A program made the position numbers and the translations under genes. From NCBI GenBank assembly GCA_904063045.1, contig CAJFCJ010000012.1:1-64000 (forward strand): DNA of 64,000 nt, given 5' to 3'. Source of the stretch: Dimorphilus gyrociliatus. Lineage: Eukaryota > Animalia > Annelida. The notes below the pieces were generated by a model, which was not told the origin of the DNA, ran no database searches, and saw only the letters and a list, made by a program, of their open reading frames with translations. Position 1 is the stretch's first letter. Every line of letters starts with the position of its first letter. Of this stretch, positions 53,819 through 64,000 are shown in pieces.

Positions 53819-56800
53819 TGATGGAAAAAAGTTATCGATTTCCCTGAATGAACAAAAGTGGAGCAGCTGCGCTGTTTGTTGGGAATGTACTCAAAACAAT
53901 ATAAAAAATATCGTTGATAAATACAATACGGTTATTAATTTATTGTAAAAAATAAAGACTAAAAGAAGGGAAAAAGGACAGATTATTTACTTACAAATAG
54001 AAAGAGGAAATGATAAAAGTCTTTTACATATTCTATATTTCCTATATCTATAATTGATTATTGATCTTAGATATTAAAGCTAAAAATAATTGAAATATTG
54101 AAATAATTAGATAAATAATAATAAATTAAGCACTAGCCAATCAGGATATATAAATATATTGAATATTCTTCATCTATTTTAATCTGACCCATAGAACTAA
54201 GTTCGTAATAAGCTTTCCAGTAAAAACTAATGAAGAAATTGACACGAAAAATTAGGGTCTGTCAGTTAAAATTAAATATATAAATAACGCCGTAGGCCAT
54301 CTATAAAAGCGACAACTGTAAATGATAGAATAACCCTAGAGTCGGTCGAATAAAGAACGAGTCAATTGTAAGTTGAATCGAATGAAGCATAGTTCATTGT
54401 CGGACCGCTCGACGCTATTCATTCGTTGCTGCAGGTGATTTTTTCCATTTTCGGCGATAAATTTAGTTAGCCTTGATGAAATATCCTTCTATTCAACTAT
54501 ATTGTATATGTACTTTCTCACGCATTCTCACTTGGATCATTAAAATACTATAAAAAAAATTATCATTTGGTATGATTATGTTGGGCTTTCATTCAAACTT
54601 GACCCACTACAGTGATGGGTTAAAGTTTATATGGCTCGAAGCTTCTAAAAGGAATGCTACCGTTCATCTCTAAAAGATTTTCTACGCCTGCAGTCTTGAT
54701 TTTCTTACTGCTTATTTTCTCTTTTACTTAAGAAAGGGGAATGTAGGTAGAAAGGTGAAAGAGGAACAATGGTTTTGTTCAATTTTTTTTCTTCAATCTA
54801 AAATGTAAGAAATAAAATATGAGCTATTAAATTATAATTACTTTTTTATTCAAATACGTTACGCCGACAGCCATTTTTTTCAAGGAGGGAAGATTCCGTT
54901 CAAAATTTTTCTTATTATTATTTTTGAATATATTTTTCGAAAAGGGCCACCTCAAATGCACTCTATTAACCTCTTTTTTTGTCGGAACCCTTTTAGGGGG
55001 CTTCTTGTTTATATAAAGACACAATAAAGGTATAAAAAACGTCTTCACAATATTCGATTAAGTCGACAACGGACTCATAACAAGATTTTTACGACCGTCC
55101 CAAACTTTATCTAGCCAAGATATCGGCCATCGATAGGCCTATAAGTGATCGGTTTGTAGACTCAGTGCAAACTAGCGTTGAAAAGTTCCAAGATATTTCA
55201 CTCTGATAACTCTTTGTTCGATTAATTAACTCTTATGTGTTCCTCTATTAATCATTACACCGCTTTTCAACTTATTTGACGTGTAATTATCGGTTTATAG
55301 AGTAACCTTTGTCATACGGTTCAGGTGACGTCATTGTTAGTTGTTGTTGATTAGAAAGTTGAATATGGAGCATAAGAATAGTAGGTGGAATTTTTTAGTC
55401 TCGCTTCCTAAATCCCTTAATGACTCTCAAGGGAAATTTACTTTATACATCCAACTCTTTATTGCTATCAGCTGACGATAAATATATAGAAAAAAAGGCT
55501 TCCTATACTTCAACAACTCATAAAGCAATGATTGATTTAAATAGAATAATAAAGAAAAGAAACGTAACAATTCCGTTCAAAAGTCAAAAGTTACTTGTTG
55601 AGTAAGATCTAACATCCAAAAAAAACTATCGTATTACACTATAGAAATAAATGAATCGCCATTTCTCGCTTCCTGCGAAGTTAGTATTTCTTTCCGAATT
55701 AAAGAAAGCTATTAAATATAGGATATTATGTTTTTGAACGTGTTCCGTGATAAAATAATAGGATAATTAGTCCATAGGAATTTCTTTCAAGTCTTTCTCT
55801 GGTATATTTCGCGTCTCATGAGTATATAATAAAAAAGGGATCAATTCATTTAACGACTTTCAATTGAGTCAAACAAAACACCATCTGCCTTTAGTAAACA
55901 ATTGACGCGAATTGCGTGACTATTTTTAAAGAATATACCGAAAGGAAAATCTGTGCATGCAGAGTGATCAAGAAAAACTTTATTCTAGTCAAACCGATCG
56001 AATCTTATGATAACATCATCAAGTCACGAACCTGTATTTTTTTATTAAGTTAATTATTGATATAAATTTTCCTTCTATCTGACTGAGTTAAAAATAATTT
56101 ACTTTTAACGATTCTATCATTCTCTCTTCTCGTTTTTCACCAAATATACTTTTCTTTTATTCGTCATTTTCCTTGATTTGTCACCGAATTGTGTGATTTG
56201 ATTACAATCATTAGTCGATCTTCCCCTTATCAAGATGTATCACAATAGTTTGGAGTAAGTATAGAATAGAGTTGTTGAAGCTCTTCAGTAAATACTTTAG
56301 TAGAGAAGAAATCAATATTACATCATTCAAAAAAATTTTAGTTTTATTAAAAAGAAATTGTTATTAAAGAAATGTCGTTTAGAACTCTTATTTTATATAT
56401 TTTTCAATTAATTTACCCTATTCTGGGTACTACTGAAGCGTATAAAGCTAAAATATTTTATTATGAACATTTTCCATAGGCCTATTAAGAATGGACAAGG
56501 AAAGATAACGTGCCTAAGCCAAATTTACAAAAGGATCGAGTTACAGTATAGCAAACCCACACGCAGTTTTTTTTTATTGGTAGGGAAAAAATTTCCCAAG
56601 TAAAACTTTCGTATTTCTCGCCAGCAGTCAGATTTATTTAGCAATCTATTTGGAAAGTATTAATAATTAACCATAGTTAAAACCCTGATCACGTGATAGA
56701 CTAGTTTTAGAAATAGAAGCCATTATTAAAGAGGCGTCCATTTATGGAATATAATTTACATTTTTAGGATATAAATTGCATAATAAAAAATCATATAATA

Positions 56801-59129
56801 TATTAATATACTTTATATTCTAATAAAAGAAATTCAAGGTAATTAATACCTATTAAAAGATATTGAATAGCATTATTGAATAGAATTTGAATAAAACTAA
56901 TAGAAACTATGGAAACTGTCAATTCAACGCTCCATTAGATAAATTATGTATAGAAAAGTTTTTCGTTATATAAAAAGATAAGATAAACGGTTCATTAACT
57001 TTTCTAACCGTGGAAATAATTTTTTTGTTGCTCAAAGAACATTTGAAAAGTAATAAATTAGGTGTTTAATGATAGGTTTCTTTAAAAATGAATGAATAAT
57101 TAACAATTGAAACTACTGTGTTAAATATCCTTATATACAGTATATGTCTATATACTGGCTCGTGACTGTAGATACTATATAGGTAATACAAGAGAAACCT
57201 AAATAAAGTATACTTTTGTATATATACTCCGTTGAAGCTATATATTAACACTATTTTCATGTTTATTATTATTCTTAGACGGGAAAAAGATAATATAAAG
57301 AACTTTAACTTGAAATTAAAAGTTTTAAAATAAGAAAGATTTTCATGCCCTGTTTAATCGTTCTAATTTAAAACTATAATGGATTTTGTTTACGTTGGCG
57401 GGTGATGAAAGGAACATTCGTTATTTTCACTTTAATTCAATTTATTTACTCCATGATCCCAATGAGATGTCAATTTTTCTCCTTTACAAATATAAAACCC
57501 TTTTGAGATTTGGTAGAAATAAATTCAGCCTATTGGCATTAGTTAGCTACTTTTATAATGTAAGGATCGTTTTATTTGTTAAGTTGAGTTGTAAGTTTGG
57601 TATACAGTATCTCGTGTATTTTTCGATTTCTTTCCTTCTACTAGCATAATACTGATTTTGAAACTTTTCCTTTCTAGTATAGAATCATCCATTTTCCGAA
57701 ATCAATTCTATACTTAATACAAAATGGCATTCGACATTTATCGTTAACATGTGTTTCGTAATCTTAAACCATTTTTCACCTATTCAACCATCCCTCGCCC
57801 AGGGGTATCTAATTGTAATCTTTTAACTCCTTCAACTGTAGTTTGTCAGATTCGTTAACTCGTAAAAAGTTTGTTTATCAGAATTCTTGAGTAAAAAAGC
57901 CAAACCATCAATTTACTGTTTCCCTAAAGCTGGTCACGTTTCCTTAACGAGGTGTACTAGTCCACGGCGTTACTTCAAGAGTATACTTTTGATTTATTTG
58001 ATTTTGAGAATACTACTGATGGACTGTCGTTTTTCCCCCTTTCGGAATTTGGTACCAGTCAGTTCTCAATCCGTTCCGTGAATTTTATAGCAAAATGGAC
58101 TAGAGGTGACACCTATCGCATACTGAGAGACATTTGTAATTATAAACGAATACTTTTTCCACGTTAATAAATTATATATGTTTTATAATGTATATACATA
58201 CCTATGCATATCAATATACATTATAGACTGTATACGGTTTATAACTAATTAAAATATGCTGAAATCTATTAAAATTAACGGCAACTCTAGTTTGTTAGAA
58301 TAAATTAAACTAGAAAAAAACTAATAATAGAATATTACGTAATTTTTTAACGTATATTTAAATGAATTCTTAAAAGTGGCTTACATTTTTACATATCTCA
58401 AAATAGACATAGTAGAATTTATAATACACAGTATTCGAATATTTGTTGTACATACTTATCCACCTTGAATATATTAAAAAAGTTTAAATAGAAACCTTTC
58501 CGGTTAGTCGGTTATTCTAATAAATTTCTTAATTATTAATCATAAAATTAGTTAAATATATTCTAATATATATAAGATAACTGATGAATTATGAAAGATG
58601 TTTCTTTTTATTTTATATTTAAAAATTTTGAATGAATAAATGAATAAATGAATAAATTAATTTAATAAATTTAAATCATTGAATGATAATTACACAATAT
58701 TAGTGTATTACAAACTTTTCTAATGGAAATGTCTTCAAGTTACAAATCTCTACGCATTTCTCTATGTAAAGTAACTTTCTTGTAGTTCCAATTATAGTAA
58801 ATATTGCGTAAAAATTATATTCAATGAGTCAGTAAACTGTTATAAGTTTCATCTATATTTAGATATTTTATATCGGCCTATATAAACGATCTCTTTAATT
58901 TTATTCATATGTAAATCCTTACATATATATTGACCACGTTCCAACGAGAATATAATTCTTCTTTAAATTTAACTATTACAGAACCTCAAAAAATGCGATA
59001 TTTTCAAGAGCAACTGCTAATCTAGCATATATCGATAACGCCTTTAGGTTGTCACCCCCGCGTCGGTACGCCCTTCTCTTTAAATAAGGCATTAAATCTT
59101 TCTTTGAGCATTTCGACTTTGTCGAAGCA

Positions 59130-62100
59130 ATGGATAGACATTGGCTAATTTTCGTGTTTTTCTTGGCTAGTTTTGCTTTACAACTAATAGACAGTGCACC
59201 AAAAAGAAAAGATGTTTTGTCAGCAGATATAGAACCTAAGAGAGAAATAAAGAAGCTTGAATTAATTAATAAAGATAAAATTAATGAAGGAATAATTAAA
59301 AACAATCAAACTGTTAAGTCAAGGAAACTTTTCGAGCGGAAGAAAAAGCATAGGTCTAAAAGAGCATTAAGTATGAATTGTTTCTAATAATTTTTAAGTA
59401 ATATTTAAATAATATTCAAAATGAATAGGTTGCTCAAAAGCCGATGTTCTATTCATTCTCGATTCAAGCGGTAGTATCGGAAAAGAAAATTTTACAATAG
59501 TTTTAAACTTTGTAAATTCTATTGTAAATAACTTTGTCATTGGACCTAACAATGTTCAAGTAAGTTGATTAATTTTATTGAAATTTCTTTGATTGTAAGA
59601 AACATTTCGCAACTTTTTCAAGGTTGCACTAATTAATTATGGAAACAGAGCAAAAACAGAATTTCAATTAAATTCTATAAGTAATAAAGCAGATCTCCAA
59701 ACTGCTATTTCTGGTATCAATTGGAAAGACCAGGTAAATAGTTTACTACTTACTACTTGAAATACACTAACTAGAAATATTAAAAATCTTTTTAGAATAC
59801 GAATACATCTGGAGCTTTGTGGACCGCTTATGATTACGTTTACAATGTCAATAACGGAGATAGGTTGGATGCTACAAATATTGTTATGGTGATATCTGAC
59901 GGAGATAGTACGAAAGATACACATTTACTAAGTCATCACTCAGCTGGTTTACAAAGTGTTGCAGAAGTATACGCTATTGGTAATTATTATCAGAGATCAG
60001 TTTATTTACTTCTTATATTTGCTTAACGCTTTAATTATCTAAACAATAGGTGTTACTCAAGAAATTGGCGATACTGAGCTTCAAACAATTGCTTCAACGG
60101 ATAACGCTAATCCAGAAAAATATGTGAAGAAAGTTTCACTCTTTGAACAACTAGCTACTATGTTAAATGTTATGGATGGATCCTACTGCAACAGTACAGT
60201 TTATAAAATATTCGTTTAGCAATTTAATGCTAGAATATTCTTTCATACAGAATTGAGTACATGTTCAGGAGTGTGTTTAAACGGTGGTAGTTGTGCAATA
60301 TCTGGATCTAATTACATATGCACATGCCCAACCAATAGATTTGGGAGAAGATGCCAATCAAGTAATTATAAATTTTCAAAATACGCTGGCTCTATGTGTT
60401 CAGATTATTTGTATATACTATATATATTTATATATAAATGTTTTCAGATTCCCCTAGTAATGCATGTGGAGGAACTATTTGTGCTAATGGTGGAATATGC
60501 TCTACTGTAGGAAGTAATGATTTCCAATGCATTTGTCCAACTGGTTATACAGGTATTTTATGCGAGATAACTGTCGCCAATAACCCATGCAGTAGTAATC
60601 CCTGCGTAAATGGAGTATGTGTGTCACAATACAGTAATACACGATATCAATGTTACTGTCGGTCTGGTTCTGCCGGAACAAATTGCAATATAGGACTTAA
60701 TCCTTGTTCTAGCTCTCCTTGTCTTAATAACGGAGCCTGTTCAGTTGTGAACAATGCCTTTGTATGCTCTTGTGTTAACGGATATAGTGGTACAACTTGC
60801 AATGTTTCACCCTCAAATGCTTGTTCAAGTTCACCATGTTTAAATAATGGCATCTGTTCCCTCACCTCCGGCGGGTATGCTTGTGCCTGTCAAACAGGCT
60901 TCACAGGAACGCGATGTGAAGGTCAAACTACAACGACCTGTAATCCGAGTCCTTGTTTAAATGGCGGAGTCTGTCAATTGATTGATTCAACTGTTAAGTG
61001 CTTTTGTCCAACTCCATATACCGACAGCGTTTGTGGAACAAGTAAGATATAGCCTTAAAAAAAAAACTTTCTTTTAAAAATCTATTTTTCAGATTCCAAC
61101 AATCCATGCGAAAGTGCTCCTTGTCAAAATGAAGGCGTTTGTACCAATAGTGGAACTACTTTTGTATGTACATGTAAGACTGGTTTCACAGGAGCAAGAT
61201 GTCAAACAGGAAATATTCCTTGTTCATCTAATCCTTGTTTAAATAATGGTGTTTGCCAAAATTCTGGAACTACTGCATATCAATGTTTCTGTGCCAATGG
61301 CTTTTCTGGAACTAGATGTGAAGTAGACAATAACAATCCATGTGCCAGTAATCCTTGTCAAAATGAAGGAGTTTGTTCCAACAGTGGAACTACTTACGTT
61401 TGCACCTGTAAAACTGGTTTCACTGGAACAAGATGTGAAACAGCAAATACTCCTTGTTCATCAAATCCTTGTCTAAATAATGGTGTTTGTCAAAATTCTG
61501 GAACTACTGCATATCAATGTTTCTGTGCCAATGGCTTTTCTGGAAGTAGATGTGAAATAGATAATAACAATCCATGTGCCAGTAACCCTTGTCAAAATGA
61601 AGGCGTTTGTTCCAATAGTGGAACCACTTTCGTTTGCACCTGTAAAACGGGTTACAGTGGAACAAGATGTGAAACTGTAAGCACTCCTTGTTCATCTAAT
61701 CCATGCTTGAATGGCGGAGTTTGTATTGCTTCAGGCACTGTATCATATCAGTGCTTCTGTCCTAATGGCTTTTCCGGAAGTAGATGTGAAATAGACAATA
61801 ACAATCCATGTGCCAGTAATCCTTGTCAAAATGAAGGAGTTTGTTCCAATAGTGGAACAACTTACGTTTGCACCTGTAAAACTGGTTTCACTGGAACAAG
61901 ATGTGAAATAGCAAATACCCCTTGTTCATCTAATCCTTGTTTAAATAATGGTGTTTGTCAAAATTCTGGAACCACTGCATATCAATGTTTCTGTGCCAAT
62001 GGCTTTTCTGGAAATAGATGTGAAATAGATAATAACAATCCATGTGCCAGTAACCCTTGTCAAAATGAAGGCGTTTGTTCCAACAGTGGAACCACTTTCG

Positions 62101-64000
62101 TTTGCACCTGTAAAACGGGTTACAGTGGAACAAGATGTGAAACTGTAAGCACTCCTTGTTCATCAAATCCTTGTTTAAATAATGGCGTGTGTCAACTTTC
62201 CGGAACTACTGCATATCAATGTTTCTGTGCCAATGGCTTTTCTGGAAGTAGATGTGAAATAGACAACAACAATCCATGTGCCAGTAATCCTTGTCAAAAT
62301 GAAGGCGTTTGTGCCAATAGTGGAACAACTTACGTTTGCACCTGTAAAACTGGTTTCACTGGAACAAGATGTGAAACTGTAAGCACTCCTTGTTCATCTA
62401 ATCCATGCTTGAATGGCGGAGTTTGTATTGCTTCAGGCACTGTATCATATCAGTGCTTCTGTCCTAATGGCTTTTCCGGAAGTAGATGTGAAGTAGACGA
62501 TAACAATCCATGTGCCAGTAATCCTTGTCAAAATGAAGGCGTTTGTGCCAACAGTGGAACCACTTTCGTTTGCACCTGTAAAACAGGTTACAGTGGAACT
62601 AGATGTGAAACTGTAAGCACTCCTTGCTCATCTAATCCTTGTTTAAATAATGGCGTGTGTCAACTTTCCGGAACTACTGCATATCAATGTTTCTGTGCCA
62701 ATGGCTTTTCTGGAAGTAGATGTGAAATAGACAACAACAATCCATGTGCCAGTAATCCTTGTCAAAATGAAGGCGTTTGTTCCAACAGTGGAACCACTTT
62801 CGTTTGCATCTGTAAAACGGGTTACAGTGGAACAAGATGTGAAACTGTAAGCACTCCTTGTTCATCTAATCCTTGTTTAAATAATGGCGTGTGTCAACTT
62901 TCCGGAACTACTGCATATCAATGTTTCTGTGCCAATGGCTTTTCTGGAAGTAGATGTGAAATAGACAACAACAATCCATGTGCCAGTAATCCTTGTCAAA
63001 ATGAAGGCGTTTGTTCTAACAGTGGCACAGCCTTCGTTTGCACCTGCAAAACTGGTTATAGTGGAACTAAATGCGAAAAGGAAAGTACTCTCTGCTCGTC
63101 AAATCCTTGTAAGAACAACGGTGTTTGTATAGAATCCACAAGCACTTTCACGTGTTTCTGTCCATCTGGTTTTAGTGGCACATTTTGTGAAATCAGTAAG
63201 TACTTTATAATTTTTTTAATTGATATCATCATGTGTTATTTTATAGGTGCTACTTCTTGTGTTAGTAACCCTTGTCTCAATGGTGGCGCCTGTATTGATT
63301 CTGTAAATGGATATAGTTGTCAATGCGTTGGAAGATTCAAGGGAACACGTTGTGATGTTGATCAAGGTCCTTGCTTTAGTAATCCCTGTTTGAATGATGG
63401 CGTTTGTCAAAATGTTGATTTTGGTGAATCCTATAAATGTTTATGCAAAACAGACTTTTCTGGTACAAACTGCGAAATAGGTAGTTATTTTGCGTATATA
63501 TATCTGAAATGACCTATGAGATATCTTTTTCCAGTTCCTGCATGTAATAGTAACCCTTGTAAAAATGGAGCAGTTTGTAAAAATTCTGCTGGTGGCTTTC
63601 TTTGTTACTGTCAGACACCCTACTACGGAATACTCTGTGATAAAGGTATAAACTTTTATACCTATATTCTTTTTTAAATGTTCAGTGTTTTGTATACTTT
63701 TGAATTTTGTAGAACCTATTCCTGACCCCTGTAACAGTAATCCTTGTTTAAATGGTGGAGTTTGCTCAAATGAAGGAGCAAATTATAATTGCGCTTGTAA
63801 GTCTGGCTATGCGGGAATTCAGTGTCAACTGACGGTTGGAAGTAAGTAAAATATTTAAATTATAGGAGAAACCTAATCTTCAAATATTTCAGCTTGCAGT
63901 AAAGTTGACTTGTCATTTGTCCTGGATTCATCTGGTTCAATTAAATCTGAAAATTGGCCTAAGATACTGACATTCGTTAATTCTATAGTTGATGAATTAG
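59130..64000 (+). CDS. Secreted vWA - multiple EGF - vWA protein (matrilin/fibropellin-like mosaic), 3'-incomplete
   Basis: Signal peptide MDRHWLIFVFFLASFALQLIDS; RSKR dibasic site; vWA ADVLFILDSSGSIG (MIDAS DxSxS)..TNTSGAL..VMVISDG; about 28 EGF repeats; second vWA VDLSFVLDSSGSI from ~63895. Confidence 0.92.
61073..63198 (+). repeat. Intra-exonic tandem repeat, 234-nt (78-aa, two-EGF) period; 18 EGF modules in one exon
   Basis: GA(C/T)AA(T/C)AACAATCCATGTGCC recurs at 61326, 61560, 61794, 62028 and onward (234-nt spacing); A (CASNPCQNEGVC) and B (CSSNPCLNNGVC) modules alternate. Confidence 0.95.

Noticed and set aside
57880-58130. Possible microRNA hairpin (loose resemblance to miR-184 on the minus strand)
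   Set aside because: The seed and mature sequence do not match and I found no convincing stem.

Overview
AT-rich eukaryotic (animal) genomic DNA with very short GT-AG introns (mostly about 50-70 nt) and dense genes. The gene content (GRL101-type receptors, MSP130-like gene, SUEL lectin arrays) fits a compact-genome spiralian or other marine invertebrate; Dimorphilus gyrociliatus is my guess, not a result. In order: (1) 3' part of a giant mosaic gene, TIL/TILa-EGF-[SUEL lectin x19]-mucin-C-type lectin, with 17 near-identical 468-bp exon/intron units; (2) Mlx bHLH-ZIP (-); (3) a type-B carboxylesterase with a degenerate oxyanion loop (+); (4) intronless OTUD1-like deubiquitinase (+); (5) intronless DHHC palmitoyltransferase (+); (6) MSP130/choice-of-anchor-I-like secreted protein (-); (7,8) two tandem LDLa-LRR-7TM (GRL101/RXFP-type) receptors (+); (9) type II membrane SEA protein (-); (10) adhesion GPCR with about 11 TSP1 repeats, HRM, GAIN/GPS and 7TM (-); (11) LRR-Ig protein, probably GPI-anchored (-); an 8-kb ORF-poor interval; (12) 5' part of a secreted vWA-EGF(n)-vWA gene with a 234-nt internal repeat (+). 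The best novelty candidate is the receptor pair. Both have lost the class-A activation motifs, and both carry after TM7 a conserved spliced segment that aligns by eye to a degenerate protein-kinase C-lobe, i.e. a possible GPCR-pseudokinase fusion. All gene models and alignments are manual; no database search was run.
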